Positions 18,936 through 29,513 are shown, numbered from the stretch's first letter. The stretch: DNA of 64,000 nt from Thermodesulfobacteriota bacterium (GCA_040755455.1 JBFMAY010000005.1:49990-113989), one strand, 5' to 3'. Numbers and translations: made by a program. The notes: a model not told the origin generated them from the letters alone.

Positions 18936-20507
18936 TTAGCGTATGCCGTGTTTGTTCAGAAACGGGGCATACCGTTTATCTTCAATAAGGATGTGCGTTT
19001 GCAGCCAGTCTTTGAGGAAGGTGAGGACATCGATAAGATTGACGTCCTTGCCTTCATTGATCTGGGTGATAATCCCTGACACCCTGCCGAGAAGTTTTTC
19101 GTGAATGGCCTTGTGTTTTTTGGTTTCCGGATAGTTGAACTGGACAAAATATTTTTCTTCATTGGCAAAGTGGCCGACGGTAAATTTTACCAGCTCCCCG
19201 AGAATTTTCTTTATATCATTGATCGGCTTATCCTTTTTGACCGCGGCATGAACTTGGTTGATATAGTCCATGATTTTCTTATGCTGCTCGTCAATTTCTG
19301 CGATGCCGACGCTGAATTCACTGCTGAAGACAATGAATTTTCTCTCAACCGTTTTGGGGTCAGGCAAATACTGATGCGGCACCGTAAAATTCCGCAGCAT
19401 TCTGTCTATATCCTTGCCCAGGCTTGCCACTTCCATCCCGCTGGCATATACCTTGGTTGAATCGGTTTTAATCCTGGTGCTTTCGGCGGAAACTTCGGTC
19501 ATCGATTCGGCAACCAGGTGGGCAAGCTGGGCGGAATCGCTAATGAGCCTGTTGACCTCCGTGACCGCTTCGCTGGTGGTGACCACGGCGGCGGTCATTT
19601 CCTTGATGCCGTCCGTCACCTTTGCTATGCTTTCCGCAATGTCCTTTGTGGTAACGGATTGTTCCTCCACAGCGGCGGCAATGGTTGCCACAACATTATT
19701 CACCTCGTTAATGACCTCATGGATGGTGCTGATTTCCTTGATGGTCGATTCCGTTGCCGACTGGATGGCGTTGACCTTATTGCGGATATCTTCCGTCGCC
19801 TTGCTGGTCTGGGTGGCAAGATCTTTTACCTCGTTGGCGACCACGGCAAATCCCTTACCCGCTTCCCCGGCCCGGGCCGCTTCAATGGTGGCGTTCAAGG
19901 CGAGAAGTTTTGTCTGGTCGGAGATCTCGGTGATGACGGAAATAACGTTGTTGATTTCAGCGGCAGCGCTGCCGAGGCTGTTCACCCTGTCTGCGGCTCG
20001 CACCACGGATTGGGCCGCTTTGTCGGCAACAACTCTGGCCTGCTCGGAATTCTGAGCAATTTCAGTGATGGTGGCTGACATCTCCTCGGTTGAGGTGGAA
20101 ACAATGCTCAAGTTTTCAGATGAAACCGAAGCCTTGGCGGAAACCGCATTCATGTTTATGGCAAGTCTTGAGGCGACCACGGCAATGGTCTGCAGATTTT
20201 CTTCCATCTCCTTGGTGGAGGCGTCAACATCGGCAGTGTGGCCGGCCATTGTTTGGGCACTATTGCGCATGCCGGTGGACAGGCTTTCAAGTTCTGCCGA
20301 GGCAGAGGCGAGATTTTGGGTGTCGCTGATGACGCAGCTTACGATTCTGGCGAGGTTTTCCTGCATGTTGGCGATGGAGCGCAGGACACTTTTGCTGCTG
20401 GCCGGGTCCAGGGCCGACGTGAGATCGCCCTGGGCAATTTTTTCAATGATTTTTTCGACTTCGGCCAGGGACGACCCGCCCGAACAGAAAAGTCCTTTTC
20501 CAAACAT
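18936..20507 (-). CDS. Soluble methyl-accepting chemotaxis protein with C-terminal bacteriohemerythrin domain
   Basis: [31 protein letters not shown]; hemerythrin IDEQH..HF..EE..H...H..WL..HI..ED; no TM segment. Confidence 0.92.
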   Translation of the reverse strand: MFGKGLFCSGGSSLAEVEKIIEKIAQGDLTSALDPASSKSVLRSIANMQENLARIVSCVISDTQNLASASAELESLSTGMRNSAQTMAGHTADVDASTKEMEENLQTIAVVASRLAINMNAVSAKASVSSENLSIVSTSTEEMSATITEIAQNSEQARVVADKAAQSVVRAADRVNSLGSAAAEINNVISVITEISDQTKLLALNATIEAARAGEAGKGFAVVANEVKDLATQTSKATEDIRNKVNAIQSATESTIKEISTIHEVINEVNNVVATIAAAVEEQSVTTKDIAESIAKVTDGIKEMTAAVVTTSEAVTEVNRLISDSAQLAHLVAESMTEVSAESTRIKTDSTKVYASGMEVASLGKDIDRMLRNFTVPHQYLPDPKTVERKFIVFSSEFSVGIAEIDEQHKKIMDYINQVHAAVKKDKPINDIKKILGELVKFTVGHFANEEKYFVQFNYPETKKHKAIHEKLLGRVSGIITQINEGKDVNLIDVLTFLKDWLQTHILIEDKRYAPFLNKHGIR

Positions 20508-20704
20508 AAAATCCTCTTTAAATTTGCTTGTTACATCAGAGCAGGAGAGAAAAAAGTGGACAATAAATTACTCTGACTTATCTTATGATGATGTAATCCG
20601 GTAATCAAGGCGCTTTTCTCGGTTGAATAAGAAAAGAAAAGGTTTTTAAAAATGTTTTTGATGCGGTAGTATGACAGTCTTTGGTTCTTGCTGTCTGGAG
20701 CGTA

Positions 20705-20733
20705 CCGAGCATATCATATGCTTGGGGTATAAT
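20705..20733 (+). promoter_or_regulatory. Inverted repeat adjacent to a TATAAT -10 box upstream of mrp
   Basis: CCGAGCATAT-c-ATATGCTTGG (9/10 dyad) then TATAAT at 20728-20733. Confidence 0.45.
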
Positions 20734-20797
20734 CAAAGAATGTAAACAATATTTTACCGATATGACAATCTAAATTTTATCCATAGGGAGTAAAGAC

Positions 20798-21751
20798 ATG
20801 GGAAATTCCTGTCAACAGAAGAGCAGCTCCTGCAGCAGTGGCAGCTGCGGTTCAGCAGATGCAGCAGTGGCAAAGCAGAATATGGCGATCAATACCTCGT
20901 TGGGGAAGATTAAAAATAAAATTCTGGTCATGAGTGGCAAGGGCGGGGTAGGAAAAAGCACGGTTTCGACTAATCTTGCCCTTGGACTGGCAAACAGAGG
21001 CTACAAGGTTGGGCTGATGGACGTGGACCTGCATGGACCCGATATCTGCCGCATGCTCAATCTGACGGAAAAGCTGCAGGCAACCCAGACTGACGGGCGC
21101 TCGCTGTTTCCGCCGATGAAATACGGTGAAAACCTCAAAGTCATCTCGCTGGAATACATGATGGAAGACCGGGATGATCCGATCATCTGGCGCGGCCCGC
21201 TCAAGGTTCAGGCGATCCGCCAGTTTATTGCCGACATGGACTGGGGGGAGCTTGATTACCTGATCATCGACGCCCCTCCAGGCACCGGCGACGAACCCTT
21301 AACCGTGGCCCAGACCATAAAGGATGCCCAGGCGGTCGTGGTCACCACCCCCCAGGAGGTGGCGCTGGCTGATGTGAGAAAATCCCTGAACTTCTGTAAG
21401 CATGTGAAGATGAAGGTGGTCGGCATGGTCGAGAACATGAGCGGTTTCATCTGCCCGCACTGCAATGAGAGTGTGGAGATTTTCAAGACCGGCGGCGGCG
21501 AGAAGACCGCCAGGGAGTTCGGCATTGATTTTCTGGGCAGGGTGCCGGTTGATCCCAGGATTGTCATGGGTGGTGATGACGGCAAGCCGTATCTCAGTTC
21601 TGCTGAGGACAGTCCGGCCATCAAGGCCTTCGGCGCTATCATCAACAATGTGGAAAAACGTATGGCTACGGCAGTTCCTCTTTCCTTGAAGGTTGCCGAT
21701 GCAGGTTGCGCCTGCGGCTCAACCTGCAATCCAACCACCTGCAACTGTTAG
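20798..21751 (+). CDS. mrp: Mrp/NBP35 (ApbC) Fe-S cluster carrier ATPase
   Basis: MSGKGGVGKST, DVDLHGP, IWRGP, DAPPGTGDE, ENMSGFICPHC. Confidence 0.93.
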   Translation: MGNSCQQKSSSCSSGSCGSADAAVAKQNMAINTSLGKIKNKILVMSGKGGVGKSTVSTNLALGLANRGYKVGLMDVDLHGPDICRMLNLTEKLQATQTDGRSLFPPMKYGENLKVISLEYMMEDRDDPIIWRGPLKVQAIRQFIADMDWGELDYLIIDAPPGTGDEPLTVAQTIKDAQAVVVTTPQEVALADVRKSLNFCKHVKMKVVGMVENMSGFICPHCNESVEIFKTGGGEKTAREFGIDFLGRVPVDPRIVMGGDDGKPYLSSAEDSPAIKAFGAIINNVEKRMATAVPLSLKVADAGCACGSTCNPTTCNC

Positions 21752-21814
21752 CGCGTTTTTTGGCCGGTTTACCTAAGGAATCTATGCGGATCAGTCTTAT
21801 TCAGATGGTGATTT

Positions 21815-22453
21815 ATGCTTATTAGGCAGATGACGGTCGGCTCCATGTCGGTTTGCTGTTATCTCGTTGCCTGCGAGAAAACCAGGAAGGCGATGCTCAT
21901 TGACCCGGGCGGCGATGAGGACGACGTGCTGGCCATGATCAAACAGGAGGGGGTCAGCCTGGAATATATCGTTAATACCCACGGCCATCCTGATCATGTC
22001 TGCGCCAACGGACCCATCAAGAAAGCGACCGGCGCCCCTATTGTCATGCACGAGGCGGACGCGGCTTTTTTCGGCAGGCCAGAGGTGGACAAATATTTTT
22101 CCATGCTTGGCCTGCCAGCCTCTCCGCCGCCTGACAGGCTGGTCAGGGATGGGGATACCCTGCAGGTCGGTCTGTTTTCCTTTGAGGTGATTCACACCCC
22201 CGGTCACACACCAGGCGGCATTTGTCTTTACTGCGCCCCCCACCTCTTCACCGGCGACACGCTCTTTGTCGGTGCCGTGGGTCGCACGGATTTTCCCGGC
22301 GGCGACCTGCAGATTTTCATGCATTCGCTCCGGTCGCGCCTCCTTGCCCTGCCGGATGAGACCGTGGTCTGGCCGGGACACGGCTATGGCGGTTCCCGTT
22401 CCACCATCGGTGAGGAAAAACGCAGTAATCCCTTTATTAATGGAGAGTTCTGA
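21815..22453 (+). CDS. MBL-fold metallo-hydrolase (glyoxalase II-like)
   Basis: THGHPDHV, HTPGHTPG, GDTLF...GRTD, PGHG. Confidence 0.92.
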   Translation: MLIRQMTVGSMSVCCYLVACEKTRKAMLIDPGGDEDDVLAMIKQEGVSLEYIVNTHGHPDHVCANGPIKKATGAPIVMHEADAAFFGRPEVDKYFSMLGLPASPPPDRLVRDGDTLQVGLFSFEVIHTPGHTPGGICLYCAPHLFTGDTLFVGAVGRTDFPGGDLQIFMHSLRSRLLALPDETVVWPGHGYGGSRSTIGEEKRSNPFINGEF

Positions 22454-22455
22454 GC

Positions 22456-24372
22456 ATGCGGGAAATCGTACTGGGGACAGCAGGTCATGTGGATCATGGC
22501 AAGACCAGTTTTGTCAGGGCCCTGACCGGTATTGACACCGACCGGCTCAAGGAGGAAAAAGAACGGGGCATCACCATTGAGCTCGGTTTTGCCTTCCTTG
22601 ATCTGGACTGCGGCCATCGGCTTGGCATTATTGATGTTCCCGGGCATGAGCGCTTTGTCAAGAATATGGTGGCCGGCGTTGCCGGCATTGACCTGGTCGC
22701 CTTTATCATTGCCGCTGACGAGGGCATCATGCCGCAGACCAGGGAGCATTTCGAGATCTGCCGCCTGCTGGGGGTGAAGAAAGGGCTCATCGTCATCACC
22801 AAAAAGGACATGGTGGAGGCCGACTGGCTTGAGCTGGTGGAGGAGGAGGTGCGGGGCTTCTTTGCGGACAGTTTTCTGGCCGACGCCCCTCTGGTCATGG
22901 TTTCCTCCACCACCGGGGAGGGAATTGACGAGGCGCGCAGGACCCTGGACGCCATGGTTGCCTCCTGTGAGTTTGCCGAGGCCTACGGACCTTTCCGGCT
23001 GGCCATTGACCGGATCTTCACCATGAAGGGCTTCGGGGCGGTGGTGACGGGCACCTCGCTTTCCGGACGGGTTGCCGTGGGAGATGATATCAGGATCTAT
23101 CCGCAGGAGCTTGACGGCAAGATCCGGGGCATCCAGGTGCATGGCCAGAGCGTGGAGCTGGTGGAAGCCGGCAACCGGACGGCCATCAATATTCAGGGTA
23201 TTGAAATGGACATGCTGGAGAGGGGCAATGTGCTGGCCACCCCCGGCTGCCTCAAGCCTTCCTATATGCTTGACGCCGAGTTTCTCTATCTGTCCGCCAA
23301 TGAAAAACCGCTGAAAAACAGATCTCGAGTCCGGGTGCATCTCGGCACCGCTGAAATCATGGGACGCATCGTTGTTCTGGAAGGTGAGGAGGTTGCCCCC
23401 GGCAGCTCCGTCAATGTGCAGCTGCTGCTGGAGGAACCGGTGGGGGTCTGGCCCGGCGACCATTATGTGGTGCGCAGGTATTCGCCGGTGACCACCATTG
23501 GCGGCGGGGTTGTGCTCAATAATTCCGCCCCGAAACGCAAACGCTTCCGGGAGGAAAACAGCAGGATTTTTGCCCTGTATCATACCGCTTCCCAGGAGGA
23601 TCTCGCCCTGTTCCACCTGCGGGAGAGCGCTTACAGCGGCCTTACCGGAGCGGAGCTGTCGGTGAAAATGGGTTGTTTCGGCAACCGTTTCAAAAAATTG
23701 ATGGCCGGTCCGATTTCGTCCCGCAAGGTGGTGGTCGTTGATTCGGAGAAACAGCTTTATGTGGCCGAAGAGGTGTATAGTGGGCTGCTGGCGAAAATTG
23801 TCGACCGCATCAGCGACTATCATAAGGAAAGTCCGTTAAAGCCGGGCCTGCCCAAGGAAGAGCTGCGCAGCCGGATAGAGAAGGGGCTTGGTCCGAAGCT
23901 TTTTCATCTCTGCCTGGCTGAGCTCAGTAAAAAAGGCATCATTGTTCAGGAGGAGGGCATTGTCCGTCTGGCCGGGCATCAGGTATTTCTGCAGGCTGAT
24001 GAAAAGGAAATCAGGGAAAAGATGGAAAGGCTCTTTGTCGCCGCCGGACTCAATGCTCCGACCATGAAGGAGGTGCAAGGCGCCTTCCCCGATGTTCCCC
24101 AGTCGCTGGTGATGGAGGTGTTAAGCCTGCTTGTCAAGGATGGCCTGGTGGCCAAGGTGACCAATGATTTTTATTTTTATACCAGGACATTAGATGAACT
24201 GCAGAAAAGACTGGTTGAGTATCTGCAGAAGGAAGGTGATATTGACGCCCCGCGCTTTAAGGACCTGACCGGCTTGACCAGGAAATTTTCCATCCCACTG
24301 CTTGAATATTTCGATAAAATAAAACTGACTCTGCGGGTAGGCGATAAGCGTATCCTGCGCTCAAAGAGCTGA
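22456..24372 (+). CDS. selB: Selenocysteine-specific elongation factor SelB
   Basis: [41 protein letters not shown]; winged-helix C-terminus [13 protein letters not shown]...R.GDKR. Confidence 0.96.
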   Translation: MREIVLGTAGHVDHGKTSFVRALTGIDTDRLKEEKERGITIELGFAFLDLDCGHRLGIIDVPGHERFVKNMVAGVAGIDLVAFIIAADEGIMPQTREHFEICRLLGVKKGLIVITKKDMVEADWLELVEEEVRGFFADSFLADAPLVMVSSTTGEGIDEARRTLDAMVASCEFAEAYGPFRLAIDRIFTMKGFGAVVTGTSLSGRVAVGDDIRIYPQELDGKIRGIQVHGQSVELVEAGNRTAINIQGIEMDMLERGNVLATPGCLKPSYMLDAEFLYLSANEKPLKNRSRVRVHLGTAEIMGRIVVLEGEEVAPGSSVNVQLLLEEPVGVWPGDHYVVRRYSPVTTIGGGVVLNNSAPKRKRFREENSRIFALYHTASQEDLALFHLRESAYSGLTGAELSVKMGCFGNRFKKLMAGPISSRKVVVVDSEKQLYVAEEVYSGLLAKIVDRISDYHKESPLKPGLPKEELRSRIEKGLGPKLFHLCLAELSKKGIIVQEEGIVRLAGHQVFLQADEKEIREKMERLFVAAGLNAPTMKEVQGAFPDVPQSLVMEVLSLLVKDGLVAKVTNDFYFYTRTLDELQKRLVEYLQKEGDIDAPRFKDLTGLTRKFSIPLLEYFDKIKLTLRVGDKRILRSKS

Positions 24373-24436
24373 TGGAACTGTTGCCTTCTGCCCTCGTCTG
24401 CTGCATGAAACGGTTGCAACCCACAGGAGAACAGGT

Positions 24437-26086
24437 ATAAGTAATCTCACCGGAAATCTCAGCGGCCTGAAAACCGGCCAGCTCAAGCGTCTGGAACGCC
24501 TCAGTAAGCGGAGAACTGATCCCGCCCTGATTGTCTCGGCGGAAATGGCCAGGGAAATGGCGGAACTTTCCGCCGAGATCAAGCGCCAGATCGGTCTGCT
24601 GCTTGCCCGTTCCGGACAGGTGGAAACGGTCATTGTCGGCGATCATAAAAAAATCGTCATCCCCGCGCTGTCCCACATCCGTTCCGCCAGCGGCCGCCTG
24701 AAGGGGTTGCGTTGCGTCCATACCCATCTGGCCGGGGAGGACCTCACCGAAGACGACCTGATGGACCTGCTGTTCCTGCGGCTGGATCTGATGGCGATGA
24801 TCAAGGTCATGGCCGACGGGCTGCCGGAGAAATTGTATGCGGTGCATCTTATCCCTGTCCCGGTTGCGGGGAAAAGCTGGCATTTCCTTCCTCCCCAGGT
24901 GCCTTCCCGGCAACCGGCAAATTTCCTGGAGCTCATCGCCGCCCTTGAGGACGAATTTTCCCGCTCCGCGGCTACCAAAAAAAGCGATGCGGGGAAAGAC
25001 CGGGCCATCCTGATCAGTGTGACCACCCAGTCAAAGACCGGGGCCCAGGAATCCATGGATGAACTGGTTGAGCTGGTGCGCTCCGATGATGTCGAGGTGC
25101 TGGAAACCATTATCCAGCGGCGTGACCGCATCAATCCCAAACTGATCATCGGCAAGGGGAAGCTGGCGGAAATCATGCTGACCGCCCTCAAGCGCAATGC
25201 CAATCTGCTGATTTTCGACCAGGAGCTGAACCCATCCCAGGTGCGCTCCATCACCGATCACACCGAGTTGCGGGTTATTGACCGGACCCAGCTTATTCTG
25301 GATATCTTTGCCAGACGGGCGCTCAGCCGGGAAGGTAAACTGCAGATTGAAATGGCCCAGCTCAAATATCTGCTGCCGCGCCTGGGCCAGCGTGATGACG
25401 CCCTGTCAAGGCTGACCGGCGGGATCGGCGGCAGGGGGCCGGGTGAAACGAAGCTCGAGGTCGACAGGCGCCGGATCAACGACCGCCTGAGCAAGCTGGG
25501 CAAGCGCTTAAAGCAGGTCGGCCAGGAGCGCCACCACCGCCGGTCGCGCCGCCGCAAAAAGGAGCTGCCGGTTATTTCCCTGGTGGGCTACACCAACGCC
25601 GGCAAATCAACCCTGCTCAACAGTCTGACCAAAAGCAACATCTATGCTGAGGACAAGCTCTTTGCCACCCTTGATCCCACCAGCCGCCGCCTGCGCTTCC
25701 CCGAAGATGTCGAGGTCATTGTTACCGATACGGTTGGTTTTATCAGGCATCTGCCGGAGGAGCTGCTCAAGGCCTTCAAGGCAACCCTGGAAGAGCTGCA
25801 TGAAGCAGACCTGCTGGTGCATGTCATCGATATCAGTAATCCGCGCTTTACCGAGCAGATCCGCGTTGTCGAGGAACTGCTTGATGAGCTTGATCTTGCC
25901 GATATGACTATCATGCAGGTTTATAATAAAATTGACAAGGTGGATCCCGTATTGGTGCAAGAACTGCTGGAACGATCCGATGCCGTGGCCGTTTCCGCCA
26001 TCAATCCGGCCACCTTTGCCCCGTTTCTGGATAAAGCAAAGAAACTGGTGCTGAAAAAATGGAATGGACATCAAGATGTCGCCTGA
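24437..26086 (+). CDS. hflX: GTPase HflX, long N-terminal form; probable ATA start at 24437 (first ATG is 24545)
   Basis: DRTQLILDIFA, GRGPGETKLEVDRR, VGYTNAGKSTL, LFATLDPT, DTVGFI, NKID. In-frame GNLSGLK..QLKRLERL lies upstream of the ATG; AGGAGA RBS at 24425-24430. Confidence 0.93.
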   Translation: MSNLTGNLSGLKTGQLKRLERLSKRRTDPALIVSAEMAREMAELSAEIKRQIGLLLARSGQVETVIVGDHKKIVIPALSHIRSASGRLKGLRCVHTHLAGEDLTEDDLMDLLFLRLDLMAMIKVMADGLPEKLYAVHLIPVPVAGKSWHFLPPQVPSRQPANFLELIAALEDEFSRSAATKKSDAGKDRAILISVTTQSKTGAQESMDELVELVRSDDVEVLETIIQRRDRINPKLIIGKGKLAEIMLTALKRNANLLIFDQELNPSQVRSITDHTELRVIDRTQLILDIFARRALSREGKLQIEMAQLKYLLPRLGQRDDALSRLTGGIGGRGPGETKLEVDRRRINDRLSKLGKRLKQVGQERHHRRSRRRKKELPVISLVGYTNAGKSTLLNSLTKSNIYAEDKLFATLDPTSRRLRFPEDVEVIVTDTVGFIRHLPEELLKAFKATLEELHEADLLVHVIDISNPRFTEQIRVVEELLDELDLADMTIMQVYNKIDKVDPVLVQELLERSDAVAVSAINPATFAPFLDKAKKLVLKKWNGHQDVA

Positions 26087-26735
26087 AATCCCCGCACGCT
26101 GCACCCATTGTCTCACCTTTTCCTGTAATCAGCCGCTGAGCAGCTGCCAGGTTTGCCATGATCAGGCAATGGGTGAATCGTATCTCTGCGACATCGCCAG
26201 AAGTGCCTTCTCCTCCCATACCTTCATCTGTCATGCCTTCCGTCCCAACCTGACGCTGGTGGGCAAACAGGAGGAAAAGGCGCCGGAGATAGCGGTCTGC
26301 CAGAACAAGCAGACTTATTTCGCCAATGTGGTCCGGTTGATTGGTTCGGGGCAGTGCGCCGGCGGGGGATGCGGCAATCCGGGCTGCCAGCCTGCAGGTA
26401 ACGGGACGGCTGAAAAATATCATGTGGTGTGGAGTGTACGGCAGCGAAAACCTGTTTTTGCGGCAAGCAACATGTATGTTTCCTTTCTGCATGACGTTGT
26501 CCTTTCCTGCGGACACCTGATGGCCGGCAAGGTCTTTCTGCTCTGGCTGGCTCCTGACCATCTTCATCTCTATCTTGAGTGCGCCGGCTGGGAATCGGAG
26601 CATGAAATTGTCGAAGACCTGCAGGGGCTTGTCCATGATGCCCTGATGCAGGAGTTCCCCGGCCTGCGAAAGGATTATGAAAAGACATTGATCTGGGAGC
26701 GTGATTTTTTCCTGGAAAAAATATCCTCCGAATGA
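26064..26735 (+). CDS. Cys-rich N-terminal domain fused to an IS200/IS605 Y1 (HUH) transposase-like domain lacking the C-terminal catalytic Tyr helix
   Basis: KYHVVWSVRQRKPVF, PDHLHLY, EFPGL...IWERDFF then stop; CxxC, CxxC and CxxxxCxxxxC clusters. Start may be 26076. Confidence 0.75.
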   Translation: MDIKMSPEIPARCTHCLTFSCNQPLSSCQVCHDQAMGESYLCDIARSAFSSHTFICHAFRPNLTLVGKQEEKAPEIAVCQNKQTYFANVVRLIGSGQCAGGGCGNPGCQPAGNGTAEKYHVVWSVRQRKPVFAASNMYVSFLHDVVLSCGHLMAGKVFLLWLAPDHLHLYLECAGWESEHEIVEDLQGLVHDALMQEFPGLRKDYEKTLIWERDFFLEKISSE

Positions 26736-27343
26736 AAAGGTTATTGCAAAGAAATTTTCTGCTGTTGTGCTGTTGCATGCTGCTGCCGGCCCTGCTGTTT
26801 AACCCCGCCTCGGTGCGCGGCAAGGAGTCCGCCCGCATTGCCGATATTGTCCTGATGAATTCCCATCATGACCTGCTGCTCTATTTTACCCTGCAGGACG
26901 CCTTTACCGATGAGATGGTAAAGGGGATTGAAAACGGTATCCCGGTTACCTTCAGTTATTTTATCGAACTCTACCAGCTCCACCCTGGAGAACCTGAACG
27001 CAAGATCGCCAGTCAGGCCTTTGATCACACCTTGAATTATGACCCGCTCAAGCAGGAATATGCAGTGGAAATGGAAGAGAGAAAGGCGGGCAACATCTCC
27101 TTCAAGAGTTTTGGCGAAGCAAAAGCAGCCATGACGGATATCCATGACCTGCAGCTTGCCGAACTCGCCTTGCTGGAAACGAATGGCCGATATATGGTGA
27201 AGGTGAAGGCCAAGCTGGCCAAAAAGGCTTTACCCATGAACTTTCAATATATCATACCCTTCTGGCAGCTGTGGAAGTTTGAAACCGACTGGTACTCGCT
27301 CTCGTTCACTTATGGAAATAGCGGATCAGCAGCAAAGAGATGA
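26732..27343 (+). CDS. DUF4390-like exported protein
   Basis: Signal peptide; GIPVTFSY.IEL, YDPLKQEY, W.FETDW; lies upstream of an ntrY-like kinase. Confidence 0.75.
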   Translation: MKRLLQRNFLLLCCCMLLPALLFNPASVRGKESARIADIVLMNSHHDLLLYFTLQDAFTDEMVKGIENGIPVTFSYFIELYQLHPGEPERKIASQAFDHTLNYDPLKQEYAVEMEERKAGNISFKSFGEAKAAMTDIHDLQLAELALLETNGRYMVKVKAKLAKKALPMNFQYIIPFWQLWKFETDWYSLSFTYGNSGSAAKR

Positions 27344-29513
27344 GCGCAAGCGGCGCAGGGTCTGGACAGTCATTTTATCCTGTCTGGTCCTCATCCCGCT
27401 TCTGACTTTTGTTGAGACCAAGGTTTTTCAGCTTGGCGCCGTGCCGTTCCCGGTCAGCGGCAATGTGCTGGTTTTCGTCATCATCAATTTTAATGTTTTT
27501 CTCCTGCTGCTCATGGTGTTCCTGGTGCTGCGCAACCTGGCGCAGCTTGTGTTCGAGCGCAAGAAAAAGATTCTCGGCGCCAAACTGAGGAAAAAACTCG
27601 TTATTTCCTTTGTCTCCCTTTCGCTGATCCCCACGGCCCTGCTGTTCTTTATTTCATTGCAGTTCGTCTCCACCAGCATGGATTACTGGTTCAATATCAA
27701 GGTTGAGCAGTCGCTGCTTGAGTCACTGCATGTTGCCCAGGACGTGTATCAGGGGAAAAAGGAGGAGATGCAGAGGCTTGGGGCAAATATCGCCCGCCGT
27801 ATTCAGTCACAGGACGGTGGCCGGACCGGAACCCCCGCGCTTGACGCCCTGCTGACCGATATTGTGGACAGCCATGGGCTGGCCTGTCTGGAGATTATTT
27901 CTCCGCAGCGCACCACGGTGACGCGGATTGCCGGCGGGCAGTTCAGGGATGGGGCCCATGTGCCGGAGATCCTGCCTGACCTGCTGCGCAAGGCGCTGAG
28001 CGGTGACGCAGGGCAAATCGCCATCCAGCAGACTACCGGCGGCGAGCTGGTGCGCAGTCTCGTTCCCGTTACCCTTGGCGCTGACGGGAAGAACCCCCAT
28101 GTGTTGATCGTCTCCGCCCTGATCCCCCAGTCCCGTCTGGAGAGGATGCAGATTATCTCCAGCGGTCTGGAAGGATACCGCCAGCTGATGCAGCTCAAGC
28201 AGCCCATCAAGACAAGTCTGCTGGTTATCCTGCTCATTGTCACCCTGCTTATTGTTTTCAGCGCCATCTGGTTCGGGTTTTTCGTGGCCCGCAGTCTGAC
28301 CGACCCCATTGACAAGCTGGCCGTGGCCACGAGAAGGGTGGCGGACGGTGAACTTGATTTCGTCGTGGAGACGGATGCTGGGGATGAAATGGGCACCCTG
28401 GTGGAATCGTTCAACCAGATGACCCGTGATGTCCTGGCCAGTCAGAAGGAGCTTGAGGCCAGTAACCAGGAACTGGAAAACAGAAGGCGGTATACGGAGA
28501 TCATCCTGCAGAATGTGGCCGCCGGGGTCATCTCCCTTGACGCGGCCGGACGTATCACCACCATCAACCGTTTTGCCGAGGAACTGCTGAAAATTGATAA
28601 GAAGGCGATTTTGCATTATGATTACCGGCAGGTTTTGAATGCCGACCATCAGGAGGTTCTCAATAATTTTTATGCTGAGCTTGACCGGAGCGGCAAGGGA
28701 ACCATCGAGCTCCCTCTGCGGCTGAAGGTGCGGGACAACTCTTTCTCCCTCAGGGTCAATATGACCCGTCTTGTCGATGAATATGGCAAGGAACTTGGCG
28801 TGGTGCTTGTTTTCGACAATCTGACCGAACTGGAGAAGGCCCAGAGGATGGCGGCGTGGCGCGAGGTGGCCCGACGCATCGCCCATGAGGTGAAAAACCC
28901 CCTGACGCCGATTCAGTTATCCGCCCAGCGGCTGCGGAAGAGGTATCTGGATAAATTGGGTGAGGAAGGCGAAGTTTTCGATGTCTGCACGAAAACCATT
29001 GTCAATCAGGTGGATGAGCTGAAACGGCTGGTCAGTGAATTTTCCAATTTCGCCAGGATGCCGGCCGTGCAGAAGTCCATGAACAGCCTCAGGGCAATGG
29101 CGGAAGAGGCCATGGTTCTCTTTCGCGAAGGGCATAAAAATATCCGTTTTGCCTTTGTCTGTAACGCGGATGTGCCGAAATTCCCCTTTGACCTGAAGCA
29201 GATGAAAAGGGTGCTGATCAATCTGCTGGATAACGCGGTTGCGGCAGTGGGAGACAGGGGCAGCATTACGGTGGAGATCGCGGTGGATGACGAGCAGAAG
29301 ATGGTATTTCTTGAGGTGCGGGATGATGGGCCCGGCGTCAAAGACGAGGATAAGCATCGCCTCTTCGAGCCTTATTTTTCCACCAAAAAATCCGGAACCG
29401 GCCTTGGGTTGGCCATCGCCAGTACGGTGGTGGCCGATCATGGCGGCTATATCAGGGTAAAAGACAATCTGCCGCGGGGGGCCAGGTTCATTATCGAGCT
29501 GCCGCTGACCTAG
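27312..29513 (+). CDS. ntrY: NtrY-like sensor histidine kinase (HAMP-PAS-HisKA-HATPase)
   Basis: AAWREVARRIAHEVKNPLTPIQLSAQRL, NLLDNA, DDGPG, FEPYFSTK..GTGLGLAI. Confidence 0.88.
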   Translation: MEIADQQQRDERKRRRVWTVILSCLVLIPLLTFVETKVFQLGAVPFPVSGNVLVFVIINFNVFLLLLMVFLVLRNLAQLVFERKKKILGAKLRKKLVISFVSLSLIPTALLFFISLQFVSTSMDYWFNIKVEQSLLESLHVAQDVYQGKKEEMQRLGANIARRIQSQDGGRTGTPALDALLTDIVDSHGLACLEIISPQRTTVTRIAGGQFRDGAHVPEILPDLLRKALSGDAGQIAIQQTTGGELVRSLVPVTLGADGKNPHVLIVSALIPQSRLERMQIISSGLEGYRQLMQLKQPIKTSLLVILLIVTLLIVFSAIWFGFFVARSLTDPIDKLAVATRRVADGELDFVVETDAGDEMGTLVESFNQMTRDVLASQKELEASNQELENRRRYTEIILQNVAAGVISLDAAGRITTINRFAEELLKIDKKAILHYDYRQVLNADHQEVLNNFYAELDRSGKGTIELPLRLKVRDNSFSLRVNMTRLVDEYGKELGVVLVFDNLTELEKAQRMAAWREVARRIAHEVKNPLTPIQLSAQRLRKRYLDKLGEEGEVFDVCTKTIVNQVDELKRLVSEFSNFARMPAVQKSMNSLRAMAEEAMVLFREGHKNIRFAFVCNADVPKFPFDLKQMKRVLINLLDNAVAAVGDRGSITVEIAVDDEQKMVFLEVRDDGPGVKDEDKHRLFEPYFSTKKSGTGLGLAIASTVVADHGGYIRVKDNLPRGARFIIELPLT

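Noticed and set aside
22384..23823. Long antisense ORFs (e.g. 22384-23823, 40846-42069, 43591-44919, 27807-28886)
   Set aside because: They are shadow frames of well-supported genes in GC-rich DNA, with no motifs of their own.
20798..26086. Selenoprotein (in-frame UGA) genes near selB
   Set aside because: Neighbouring ORFs look complete, with no obvious UGA-interrupted redox motif; no selA, selC or selD seen.
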